This document shows positions 13,001 to 25,600 of a stretch of DNA of 64,000 bases, in pieces. The stretch comes from Macrostomum lignano (lineage: Eukaryota). A model generated the notes under the pieces. The model searched no databases. It was not told the DNA's origin and was given only the letters and a program-made list of their open reading frames with translations. The DNA is taken from contig NIVC01001159.1 of assembly GCA_002269645.1 (NCBI GenBank), positions 423,414 to 487,413 of the forward strand, written 5' to 3'. The position numbers and the translations under genes are program-made. Position 1 is the first letter of the stretch. Each line of letters begins with the position of its first letter.

Positions 13001-16000
13001 CGGTTGCTGTCGCTCTTCGCCGAAGCGATCGTCAGTCTCGCTGAGGAACTCGCGGAAGACGTGCAGCACGCGGACCATTTTGCCGCACTCTTCGGCCACT
13101 TTGGCAGCCGCCGCCGGGTCGCCTTTGACGCAGCTGACGGTGTCGAATCCGGCTCGAAGCCGGTCCAGGCAGCTCTGAATGAAGTCCTCGTGAATGACCG
13201 CGAGCTTGGAGGTGAGCTTCGGTCCCAGATGGGTGTACATCTCTTTGAGCAGGTTTGTAGCCTTGTCGGCGACTAAATCGGAGCCTTCAATAGCCAGGCG
13301 CCACAGGTAGTCGCCGCCGATCATGTTGATGTCGTCCATGTAGGCGCTGTGGTGCCGCACTAGCAGCTTCTCCGCTCGAAGATTTGTTGACCGAAAGAAA
13401 TTCTGAAAGCAGTTGATGCCGGCCTCCGTGACTAGGCGAGGGTCCAGCTGGAGGATGTGATTCTCGAAGAACTGCTGCATGATTTCCGGGTTCAGGTCCG
13501 GCTCGTCGCCCATCAACTGCGGTGGAACAAAGGTGCGGCAGTGTGGCAGGTATATTATCTTATATACAGTTTTCATCTGAGGGGGGCTGTAGCCTAGTGG
13601 TCAGAGCGTCGGACTCACGATTGAAAGGTCGGGGGTTCGATTCTTGACTCACCCGGAACAATTTGTGTCCCTGGGCAAGACACTTAACTCTGAACTGCTT
13701 CAGTTCACCCAGCTGTCATTTTACGATAGTATTGGCCTCACGGAAACAGAGACCACAAACAACTCACCTTAGTGAACCACTTGAAGCAGGTCTCCCTGTC
13801 AGTGGGGTACACAGGGCTGACCGCTAGGCAGTTCCAGATCTGCACAGCCTGCTCCTCTCCAAGCCACAGCATGCCGTCTTTGAGCAGGAATCTCAGGAAT
13901 TTCAGCCGCTCGGACACGTGGGTCACGTGATTATAGCGATCGTCCGGCAGCACGTCCAGTTGAGTGTGCTCAGGGTGCTCTGCGAATACGTGCAATTTAA
14001 TGGCGTTTCACCAAATATATTACTGTACTTCAGCAGCAATATCGTAGTATATTAATGTTTAACGATCCCATCATTTACCTGGCATCCCATATCATACATA
14101 ATCCCATCATTTACCTGGCATTCCATATCATACATAATCCCATCATTTACCTGGCATTCCATATCATACATAATCCCATCATTTACCTGGCATTCCATAT
14201 CATACACAATCCCATCATTTACCTGGCATTCCATATCATACACAATCCCATCATTTACCTGGCATTCCATATCATACACAATCCCATCATTTACCTGGCA
14301 TCCCATATCATACACAATCCCATCATTTACCTGGCATCCCATATCATACACAATCCCATCATTTACCTGGCATTCCATATCATACATAATCCCATCATTT
14401 ACCTGGCATCCCATATCATACATAATCCCATCATTTACCTGGCATTCCATATCATACACAATCCCATCATTTACCTGGCATTCCATATCATACACAATCC
14501 CATCATTTACCTGGCATTCCATATCATACACAATCCCATCATTTACCTGGCATCCCATATCATACACAATCCCATCATTTACCTGGCATCCCATATCATA
14601 CACAATCCCATCATTTACCTGGCATCCCATATCATACATAATCCCATCATTTACCTGGCATTCCATATCATACATAATCCCATCATTTACCTGGCATTCC
14701 ATATCATACATAATCCCATCATTTACCTGGCATTCCATATCATACACAATCCCATCATTTACCTGGCATTCCATATCATACACAATCCCATCATTTACCT
14801 GGCATTCCATATCATACACAATCCCATCATTTACCTGGCATCCCATATCATACACAATCCCATCATTTACCTGGCATCCCATATCATACACAATCCCATC
14901 ATTTACCTGGCATTCCATATCATACATAATCCCATCATTTACCTGGCATCCCATATCATACATAATCCCATCATTTACCTGGCATTCCATATCATACACA
15001 ATCCCATCATTTACCTGGCATTCCATATCATACACAATCCCATCATTTACCTGGCATTCCATATCATACACAATCCCATCATTTACCTGGCATCCCATAT
15101 CATACACAATCCCATCATTTACCTGGCATCCCATATCATACACAATCCCATCATTTACCTGGCATCCCATATCATACACAATCCCATCATTTACCTGGCA
15201 TTCCATATCATACACAATCCCATCATTTACCTGGCATTCCATATCATACATAATCCCATCATTTACCTGGCATCCCATATCATACACAATCCCATCATTT
15301 ACTTGGCATCCCATATCATACATAATCCCATCATTTACCTTGGCATCCCATTTCATACATAATCCCATCATTTACCTGGCATCCCATATCATACATAATC
15401 CTGGCATCCCATATCATACATAATCCCATCATTTACCTGGCATCCCATATCATACACAATCCCATCATTTACCTGGCATCCCATATCATACACAATACCA
15501 TCATTTACCTGGCATTCCATATCATACATAATCCCATCATTTACCTGGCATCCCATATCATACACAATCCCATCATTTACTTGGCATCCCATATCATACA
15601 TAATCCCATCATTTACCTTGGCATCCCATTTCATACATAATCCCATCATTTACCTGGCATCCCATATCATACATAATCCTGGCATCCCATATCATACATA
15701 ATCCCATCATTTACCTGGCATCCCATATCATACATAATCCTGGCATCCCATATCATACATAATCCCATCATTTACCTGGCATCCCATATCATACATAATC
15801 CCATAAATTTACCTGGCATTCCATATCATACACAATCCCATCAATTTACATAGCATCCAATATTATAAAAACTACAAATACTTTATCACAGCATTCCCAT
15901 GCGAGACCCAATCAAAACGCACCTTTAGCAAATTTAGACGCCTTCTCCGTGTACTGCACCAGATTTGTAGCCACTCTGGTCAAAATATTGTGCGTGTTGT

Positions 16001-19000
16001 TAAGCTTGTTGATGACGTCATTTCTATAGCCTTGCGATTGATTCTTAGGATATTGCTGGTGCGGCGGCTGCAAATGGGGCAAAGCAGCATGCGGAGTTTT
16101 AATAAAAACACTATTGAAAAGTACACATGTACTTTAAGATGTAAAACTGTATCCAAAATACACTGACCTCATGAAATAAGCAGCAGATGTCTCTAATATG
16201 CTTAAGCGCCGGCAAAATCCATTTGTCGCCCTTGTCCATCTCAGCAACTGTCCTATCGATCCACTGCAGCTTCTGTTGCTCCCGATCCTGTCATTAAATG
16301 CGGCATATGGTTTAGTTAGTAAAATTATAAATTCAATGACGTCATCATTTATTCAATCTACTATAAAATTGTGGGAAAACACTAATAACTCTACTTAATA
16401 CAAGTAGTATCATTCAGAATAACACGAAAGCCGATCTTTTTACCTGCGAACAGCTGTAGTCCAATATCTTAATATGCGCGCTCAATGCCTGATCCATGAT
16501 GTCGATGGGGCAGTCGGGACTGTGAGCCAGCTGCCATAGAAGCTCAAGAACCTTCTGCGCCATCACACCCTCTTTATCATCCTCAGCTAGTCGGCGAATC
16601 AGTTCAAGCAGCTTCTCGCGCTCCTTTTTCTCGGCGTTGCGCCAGGAATTTTGAAAGCACACGAACAGATGATCCAGCTGATCCGCAGAGAAATCCCAGG
16701 CCAGTTTGGCCAGCAGATCGTGGACATTCTTAACAATGGCCTCGTGTTTGCCGCGCTGAGCGTCCCAGATTTTGTCCAGTTCGCTTGCCGGCAGCTGCTT
16801 CTCCTTGATCATAAATCTGATTAGCTTCTCCAGCTTTTCAACGTATTGCGGCTGGTGAAGATTCTCTTTGAGCACAATAGAAAGCACTTGGTTGCGCTGG
16901 ATCCATTCCGCAATTTTCTCCGGGGTCAGGAAGCCTTCGGGGTCGCGGTGCCTGCGGCGGGAATGCAACAGATTCTCTGAATATCTAAGGACACAAATCT
17001 CGAGAAACTGCGGACACAACTCCGAGCAATCTGAGGACACAGTATGAGAAACTGCAGACATAAATTATGAGAATCTGCAGACACAAATCATGAGGATCTA
17101 CAGACACAAATCATGAGAATCCGTAAATACAAATCATGAGGATCTGAAAACAAATCATGAACATTTGCAGACACAAATCATGAGGGTCTGCAGACACAAA
17201 TCATGAAAATTTGCAGACACAAATCATGAGGATCTGCAGACAAATCATGAGGATCTGCAGACACAAATCATGAGGGTCTGCAGACAAATCATGAGGATCT
17301 GCAGACAAATCATGAGGGTCTGCGGACACAAATCATGAGGATCTGCAGACACAAATCATGAGGATCTGCAGACACAAATTATGAGGGTCTGCAGACACAA
17401 ATCATGAGGATCTGCAGACACAAATCATGAGGATCTGCAGACACAAATCACGAGGATCTGCAGACACAAATCATGAGGATCTGCAGACAAATCATGAGGA
17501 TCTGCGGACACAAATCATGAGGGTCTGCAGACACAAATCATGAAAATTTGCAGACACAAATCATGAGGATCTGCAGACAAATCATGAGGATCTGCAGACA
17601 CAAATCATGAGGATCTGCAGACACAAATCACGAGGATCTGCAGACACAAATCATGAGGATCTGCAGACAAATCATGAGGATCTGCAGACACAAATCATGA
17701 GGATCTGCAGACACAAATCATGAGGATCTGCAGACACAAATTATGAGGGTCTGCAGACACAAATCATGAGGATCTGCAGACACAAATCATGAGGATCTGC
17801 AGACACAAATCATGAGGGTCTGCAGACACAAATCATGAGGATCTGCAGACAAATCATGAGGATCTGCGGACACAAATCATGAGGATCTGCAGACACAAAT
17901 CATGAGGATCTGCAGACACAAATCATGAGGATCTGCAGACACAAATCATGAGGATCTGCAGACACAAATCATGAGGATCTGCAGACACAAATCATGAGGG
18001 TCTGCAGACACAAATCATGAGGATCTGCAGACAAATCATGAGGATCTGCAGACACAAATCATGAGGATCTGCAGACACAAATCACGAGGATCTGCAGACA
18101 CAAATCATGAGGGTCTGCAGACACAAATCATGAGGATCTGCAGACACAAATCATGAGGATCTGCAGACACAAATCATGAGGGTCTGCAGACACAAATCAT
18201 GAGGATCTGCAGACAAATCATGAGGATCTGCAGACACAAATCATGAGGATCTGCAGACACAAATCATGAGGATCTGCAGACACAAATCATGAGGATCTGC
18301 AGACACAAATAATGAGGATCTGCGAGGATGAGCAAAATGAGAGTCATAACGTACCTGTGCTGATAATAGCTAACAGAGGTTATAGCTTTGTTCAATTCGT
18401 TAAGCGCCTTCATTTTGCCATTAAACGAAGACAATTGCAGTACGCGCAGAATCATTTTGAGCCTCAGCTCCTCCAGATTTCTGGTGGTCTCCTCCTGGTC
18501 CGGCAGGCGAATTAGCAGGCACTGAAGGCAGCGCACGATGCCACTAAGACAGTCGTGCTTGTCAGATTTGCTCTCCCGTTTGAGATCGGCGTCGCTCAGC
18601 CGATTGAGGAAGCCCTGCACTACTGGCAGTAGAGGCACGAAATAGGTGCTCACGGTGGACGGCGCCAGGACTTCGGCGCTGGCGCCAAAAGGGCGCAACA
18701 AACTGGCGATGATTGTCACGTTGAGAGTGTCACGTTGCTCAAATCGGCGAGCCAGCGCCTGCGGCAGAGTACAACAAGTCGGTGAGTACATTGTAAGTGT
18801 AGAAGCTGGGCGATTTGGTGAAGGATCGGGGGTAAGGAATCGGGGAGGGGATGACGTATGATGAGGGGATGAAGGATGGGGGAGGGGATGAAGGATCAGG
18901 AAGGTGATGAAGTATGGGGGAGGGGATGAAGGATGGGGGAGGGGATGAAGTATGGGGGAGGGGATGAAGGATGGGGGAGGGGATGAAGGATGGGGGAGGG

Positions 19001-20391
19001 GATGAAGGATGGGTGAGGGGGTGAAGAATGGGGGAGGGGATGAAGGATGATGAGGGGATGAAGGATCGGGGAGGGGATGAAGGATGGGGGAGGGGATGAA
19101 GGATGGGGAGGGGATGAAGTATGGGGGAGGGGATGAAGGATGGGGGAGGGGATGAAGGATGGGGGAGGGGATGAAGGATGGGTGAGGGGGTGAAGAATGG
19201 GGGAGGGGATGAAGGATGGGGGAGGGGATGAAGGATGATGAGGGGATGAAGGATCGGGGAGGGGATGAAGGATCGGGGAGGGGATAAAGGATCGGGGAGG
19301 GGATGAAGGATCGGGGAAGGGATAAAGGATCAGGGAGGGGATGAAGGATCGGGGAGGGGATAAAGGATCAGGGAGGGGATGAAGGATCGGGAGGGGATGA
19401 AGGACGGGGAACAGACATAGAACAATAGGCAAGCCAGTACCTGAAAGCCCCCAATCTGCCGAAGCAGTTGACCAGATCCACCAGCCAGTGCATTGGACTC
19501 TTATTCTCCCTGGGGACGGCAAACACAGGAGGCGGACCGCCAGCAGAGGCGGCTGCGGTGGCTGCCGCGATGGTGGCGGCGGCAGAGGGCGACACGGCTG
19601 CTGCAGGCTGCGGCAGCAACGGCGATCGCTGGCCGTTGAAAATATGAAACTTCGTCTCCGGGTTGAGCACCAGAAACAGCAATTCGAGAAGGTAGGGATT
19701 GTCTCTGTCCAGTCTCAGCACAATCATCTGCAGTAGAAGCTTAGCAGAGTCCAGAATGTACTTTTGTATCTCGAATTTCCAAGAATTGACAGCCTCGTCG
19801 GTGAAGATCTTATTGAAAGAGAGAACCAAGCCGTCGCGGATGAAGCGCTGACAGGAGGGCGATTGTTCGTCCAAGTCAAAGCGCATCAGGTTGATGGAGG
19901 CCAGCAGAAGGTGCTCGAGTTCGGCGTCCGGCAGCACCGGCACCACCAGCGGTTGCGACCGATCATCTCCTCCAGGCGGGCCAGCTCCTCGGCTGGGAAC
20001 TTCGGGTCGCCGTTATCAACTAGCAGCGATTCGCGAGTCACCACCACTGAGGCCGCCGACGCCGCAGCCGACGTGCCGGCTTCGGCGGGACTTGTCGTCG
20101 CTGTCATCGTCGCTGCGGTGTCGGTGGTAGTCGATGGGGCAACACCGGTGGAGTCTGGATCCGCGCCGCCGCCTCCTCCGCCACAGTCTCCAGCATCGCC
20201 GTCGGCGGCTTCTGTCGGCGAGGCAACTTCGCCTAGATTGAGCGGATCGACAATAGTGGGCAGTATTTGAATTTAATGTAATTTGTGTTACCGACATGCA
20301 TCAAAAAGCAACATATACCGATTTTAAAAAAAAATTCAATAGACAGACACAGACAAGCAGACAGACAGGCAGGGCAGACAGACAGAGAGGC

Positions 20392-20430
<39 letters not shown>

Positions 20431-20449
20431 GGCAGACAGACAGGCATGC

Positions 20450-20504
<55 letters not shown>

Positions 20505-20519
20505 GGCAGACAGACAGGC

Positions 20520-20558
<39 letters not shown>

Positions 20559-20916
20559 GGCAGACAGACAGACAGGCATGCAAACAGACAGACAGACATA
20601 CAGACAGTCAGACAGACACAGACAGGCTACAGACAGACAAATAGACACAAACAGACAGGCAGACAGACAGACAGACACAGACAGACAGAAGACTGTAATC
20701 ACCAGTTATAACAGTGATGGCCTCGGGTCCAATAGGGGGCGCTTGCGGCTGCTGCTGTGGCGGCACAGACGACGATGTTGAAGGCTGGCTGCTGCTATCA
20801 GCATCTTCAGCCGACTGTTGTTGTTGCTGTTGCTGCTGATCTGGATGCTGCGTCCGCTGCTGCTGCTGCTGCTGATTGTCGGAAGCATCATCCGATTTTG
20901 CGTACTTAATTGTCAT
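4416..20916 (-). CDS. USP9X: Ubiquitin C-terminal hydrolase FAF/USP9X orthologue, 13 exons: 20916-20703, 20232-19441, 18758-18355, 16984-16444, 16287-16168, 16067-15923, 13979-13768, 13516-12938, 12265-10850, 10568-10191, 9758-8970, 8476-6044, 4733-4416 (about 2780 aa after correcting two 1-bp deletions)
   Basis: Cys box [18 protein letters not shown], His box [15 protein letters not shown] and WYKFDD are present. Exon peptides are collinear with USP9X as I remember it ([47 protein letters not shown]). All 12 introns are GT-AG, with matching phases once the two deletions are corrected. Exon sum 8341+2 nt = 2781 codons. AATAAA on the minus strand at 4366-4361. Confidence 0.93.
4745..5930. repeat. 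(TGAT)n-based compound array with a CTGACTGGTGT spacer, USP9X intron 12
   Basis: Direct inspection. Confidence 0.95.
8525..8955. repeat. 20-bp minisatellite GTGAGTCTGTCTACCTGGCA, USP9X intron 11, about 21 copies
   Basis: Direct inspection. Confidence 0.95.
9885..10180. repeat. 20-bp minisatellite ACCACCTGACTGCGTCATTG, USP9X intron 10, about 15 copies
   Basis: Direct inspection. Confidence 0.95.
12284..12780. repeat. 30-bp minisatellite TTCTGCAACCAGTCATTACCAACTGACAGA, USP9X intron 8, about 16 copies
   Basis: Direct inspection. Confidence 0.95.
13582..13716 (+). mobile_element. tRNA-derived SINE (3'-truncated) in USP9X intron 7, antisense to the gene
   Basis: A box TAGCCTAGTGG and B box GGTTCGATTC, followed by TGTGTCCCTGGGCAAGACACTTAAC..CAGTTCACCCAGCTGT, which resembles the conserved central domain of CORE-type metazoan SINEs. 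The acceptor stem does not pair, so it is not a functional tRNA. Confidence 0.7.
14060..15845. repeat. 36-bp minisatellite ATCCCATCATTTACCTGGCATTCCATATCATACACA, USP9X intron 6, about 50 copies
   Basis: Direct inspection. Confidence 0.95.
17060..18320. repeat. 23/21-bp minisatellite ACAAATCATGAGGATCTGCAGAC, USP9X intron 3, about 55 copies
   Basis: Direct inspection. Confidence 0.95.
18825..19410. repeat. About 20-bp purine-rich minisatellite GGATGAAGGATGGGGGAGGG, USP9X intron 2
   Basis: Direct inspection. Confidence 0.95.
20341..20690. repeat. (GACA)n microsatellite, USP9X intron 1
   Basis: Direct inspection. Confidence 0.95.
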
Positions 20917-21399
20917 AGAGATGCAGCTCAATGCACTTAATAGATTACATGAATAAATGATGATAGTAATATGACATGATTATTTAACAATGCTTGACTC
21001 AACCCAGCATTTGATTGGATTTTTAATTCTTAATTTGACTGCAGTTGCTTTTAAAATTAACTAAAGTGTAGGTTTCAAAAAAAGAAAACATTTTTATATA
21101 ATTTGATCATTTTCTTACTTATATATTAATCTATTCTTAATTCCATGCAAATGGGCTCTAGAAAAAAGCTAGTGCTTAACTTTTGTTTTACTTCATACTA
21201 ATTTTTTCTACCTTCAAGGACATTTAATAAGCAGATATAGAAGTTAAAAATAAGATCAATATTGGGATCCTATCTTAACCTCTACTAGCTAGTTGTCTAT
21301 TACAGGAGTTAGCAAACTCTAGCTCTATCTAGCCATTGGGTCCCTTGAAACTTCACAATAGCCATCTGGCCTCTCTACAGTTTGTGGCTCTTCTTGGCT

Positions 21400-21605
21400 C
21401 TTAGCCTTCTCTCCTCTCTTCTTTCCTCTCCCACTTTTTCCTTGCTACTCTCTCTTCTCCCTCTCTCCTTTCTCACCTCTTCTCTCCTCTCCCTTCTACT
21501 CTCCTCTTCCTTCTTGTTCTTTTCCCTCCCTTCTCCCCTCTCCCTTCTTTTGCACATTCTACCATTTCTCCTCTCTTCTCTTCTCTATTCACCTCTTTTT
21601 TCCTT
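21400..21605. repeat. CT-rich low-complexity tract upstream of USP9X
   Basis: Direct inspection. Confidence 0.8.
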
Positions 21606-22274
21606 TTAGCTCATAGTCATGTGCTAGATTCTCCATTTTGCCCTTGAGATAAATTTGATAGTTTTGCAAACATTTCTAAACAAGTAAAAACAAAAACTAA
21701 TAAAAAATTAGTATAAAATGTCTAAATAGTTAAATATAAATATATAATTTTAAATTATTTGCATACTTAACCTAGGTGTAGACTATATAATCAGGAATAT
21801 TATTAAGATTGCTAATTGATTATTTTTTGTATAAGGCCTAATGAATAGGTATAAGTAACAAATGTTAGAGATTACTTAAAGGAATAGTAATGTTTAAAAT
21901 TTTATCAATTGATATTAATAGAAGAAAGATAAAATAAATATAATATAATAAAATGATAAATTGCTAATATATTCTGCAATATAATTTAACTAATTAGGTT
22001 TGCATAAAATTTTATTTGTAATTATAGGCTACCTAATATAGCTTATTAAATGTACTTTAAAGGTCATTTTAGCAAAAAGTTAGCTCGTATTCTGATAAAA
22101 AATGTTTTGGTAAAAAGCTTTTAGCAAATACTAGCAATCTTCGCCCCCACATTGGGGGACATCTGGATAGAATCTCTGTTCTCTACAAGTAACAAAAAGA
22201 CAGCCAAATAAAGCCTTCGCAAAGACAACAGACAAACTGCTCAAATAAAGTGCAATGCAAAAAGAAATCATCCC

Positions 22275-22590
22275 AAGACAGCAAGCATCCCCCAGATAGC
22301 AAGCATCCCCCAGATTGCAAGCATCCCTCAGATAGCAAGCATCCCCCAGATAGCAAGCATCCCCCAGATAGCAAGCATCCCCCAGATAGAAAGCATCCCC
22401 TAGATAGCAAGCATCCCCCAGATAGCAAGCATCCCCCAAATAGCAAGCATCCCCCAGATAGCAAGCATCCCCCAAAAAGCAAGCACCCCCAGATAGCAAG
22501 CATCCCCTAGATAGCAAGCATCCCCCAGAAAGCAAGCATCCCCCAAAAAGCAAGCATCCCCCAGATAGCAAGCATCCCCAAATAGTAAGC
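22275..22590. repeat. 18-bp minisatellite GATAGCAAGCATCCCCCA
   Basis: Direct inspection. Confidence 0.95.
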
Positions 22591-22699
22591 ATCCACCAGA
22601 CAATAAGTAGCTAGTGCAACAATTTCCTTAGCTCTATAGTGGCTTCTATAAAATTGGCATGACGCTTACTTTTACGTTTGAAATTGTGTATCTTTTATG

Positions 22700-25600
22700 T
22701 TTGACATGGTGGCCCTTTTATGTTCTACATGGTGGCTCTTTAATGTTTGACATGGTGGCTCTTTTATGTTCTACATGGTGGCTCTTTTACGTTTGGCATG
22801 GTGGCTCTTTTATGTTCGACAGGGTAGCTCTTTTATGTTTGGCATGGTGGCTCTTTTATGTTTGACATGGTGGCTCTTTAATGTTCGACATGGTGGCTCT
22901 ATTATGTTTGGCATGGTGGCTCTTTTATGTTCGACATGGTGGCTCTTCTACGTTTGGCATGGTGGCTCTTTAATGTTCGACATGGTGGCTCTTTTATGTT
23001 TGGCATGGTGGCTCTTTAATTTTCGACATGGTGGCTCTTTAATGTTTGACATTGTGGCTCTTTAATGCTTGACATGGTGGCTCTTTTATGTTCGATATGG
23101 TGGTTCTTTTATGTTGGACATTGTGGCTCTATTATGTTCTACATGGTGGCTCTTTTATGCTTGATTTGGTTTTTTTTTATGTTCGACATGGTGTCTCATT
23201 AATGTTCAACATGGTGGCTCTTTAATGTTTGACATGGTGGCTCTTTAATGTTTGACACGGTGGCTCTTTAATGTTCGACATAGTGGCTCTTTTATGTTTG
23301 ATTCGGGGTTTTTTAATGTCTCACATGGTGTCTCTTTAATGTCCGGCATGGTGGCTCTTTAATGTTTGACATGGTGGCTCTTTAATGTTCAACATGGTGG
23401 CTCTTTAATGTTCAACATGTTCGACATAGTGGCTCTTTTATGTTTGATTCGGGGTTTTTTAATGTCTCACATGGTGTCTCTTTAATGTCCGACATGGTGG
23501 CTCTTTAATGTTTGACATGGTGGCTCTTTAATGTTCAACATGGTGGCTCTTTAATGTTTGACATGGTGGCTCTTTAATGTTTGAAATGGTGGCTCTTTTA
23601 TGTTTGAAATGGTGGCTCTTTTATGTTTGACATGGTGGCTCTTTAATGTTTGACACGGTGTCTCTTTAATGTTCAACATAGTGGCTCTTTTATGTTTGAT
23701 TCGGGGTTTTTTAATGTCTCACATGGTGTCTCTTTAATGTCCGACATGGTGGCTCTTTAATGTTTGACATGGTGGCTCTTTAATGTTTGACATGGTGGCT
23801 CTTTAATGTTTGACATGGTGGCTCTTTAATGTTCGACATGGTGGCTCTTTAATGTTCGACATAGTGGCTCTTTAATGTTTGACATTGTGGCTCTTTAATG
23901 TTGGACATGGTGGCTCTTTTATGTTGACATTGTCGCTCTTTTATGTTCTACATGGTGGCACTTTTATGTTTGATTCGGGGTTTTTTTAATGTTCGACGTA
24001 GTGGCTCTTTAATGTTTGACATTGTGGCTCTTTATTGTTTGACATGGTGGTTCTTTACTGTTTGACATGGAGTCACATATATGTTTGACTTGGTGGCTCT
24101 TTAATGTTTGACATAGTGGCTCTTTAATTTTCGACATGGTGGCTCTTTAATGTTCGACACGGTGGCTCTTTTATGTTTGATTCGGGGTTTTTTTAATGTC
24201 TAACATGGTGTCTCTTTATTGTTCGACATAGTGGCTCTTTAATGTTTGACATGGTAGCTCTTTTATGTTTGATATGGTGGTTCTTTTATGTTTGACACGG
24301 TGGCTCTTTTACGTTGACATTGTGGCTCTTTTATGTTCTACATAGTGGCTCTTTTATGTTTTATTCGGGGTTTTTTTAATGTTTGACATAGTGGCTCCTT
24401 AATGTTTGACATTGTGGCTCTTTATTGTTTGACATGGTGGTTCTTTACTGTTTGACATAGAGTCACATATATGTTTGACTTGGTGGCTCTTTTATGTTTA
24501 ACATGGTGGCTCTTTAATGTTTGACATGGTGGCTCTTTAATGTTTGACATAGTGTCTCTTTAATGTTTGACATTGTGGCTCTTTAATGTTGGACATGGTG
24601 GCTCTTTTATGTTGACATTGTCGCTCTTTTATGTTCTACATGGTGGCACTTTTATGTTTGATTCGGGGTTTTTTTAATGTTCGACGTAGTGGCTCTTTAA
24701 TGTTTGACATTGTGGCTCTTTATTGTTTGACATGGTGGTTCTTTACTGTTTGACATGGAGTCACATATATGTTTGACTTGGTGGCTCTTTAATGTTTGAC
24801 ATAGTGGCTCTTTAATTTTCGACATGGTGGCTCTTTAATGTTCGACACGGTGGCTCTTTAATGTTTGACATAATGGCTCTTTTATGTTTGATTTGGGGTT
24901 TTTTAATGTCTGACATGGTGTCTCTTTAATGTTCGACATAGTGGCTCTTTAATGTTTGACATGGTAGCTCTTTTATGTTCGATATGGTGGTTCTTTTATG
25001 TTTGACATGGTGGCTCTTTTATGTTGACATTGTGGCTCTTTTATGTTCTACATAGTGGCTCTTTTATGTTTTATTCGGGGTTTTTTAATGTTCGACATAG
25101 TGGCTCCTTAATGTTTGACATTGTGGCTCTTTATTGTTTGACATGGTGGTTCTTTACTGTTTGACATGGAGTCACATATATGTTTGACTTGGTGGCTCTT
25201 TTATGTTTAACATGGTGGCTCTTTAATGTTGGACATGGTGGCTCTTTAATGTTTGACATGGTGGCTCCTTAATTTTTGATATGGTGGCTCTTTTATGTTC
25301 AACATGGTGGCTCTTTTATGCTTGACATGGTGGCTCTTTACTGTTTGACATGGAGTCACATATATGTTTGACATGGTGGCTCTTTTATTTTGACATGGTG
25401 GCTCCTTTATGTTTGACATGGTGGCTCTTTAATTTTCGAAATGGTGGCTCTTTTAGGTTTTTAATGGTGGCTCTTTAATATTTGACATGGTGGCTTTTTA
25501 ATGTTAGACATGGTGGATCTTTAATGTTAGACATGGTGGCTCTTCAATGTTCGAAATGGTGGCTCTTTTAGTTTTGAAATGGTGGCTCTTTAATATTTGA

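Noticed and set aside
13582-13655. Functional tRNA gene
   Set aside because: The acceptor and T stems do not pair properly and a SINE-type body follows directly.
11410-15649. Long periodic ORFs ([34 protein letters not shown])
   Set aside because: They come from intronic 30- and 36-bp arrays that are stop-free because the unit is a multiple of 3. The real USP9X exons flank them with canonical splice sites.
19940-19952. Programmed -1 ribosomal frameshift in USP9X
   Set aside because: There is no X XXY YYZ slippery heptamer, a second G-run deletion occurs in the same exon, and the gene is a conserved single ORF in other animals. Sequencing error is more parsimonious.
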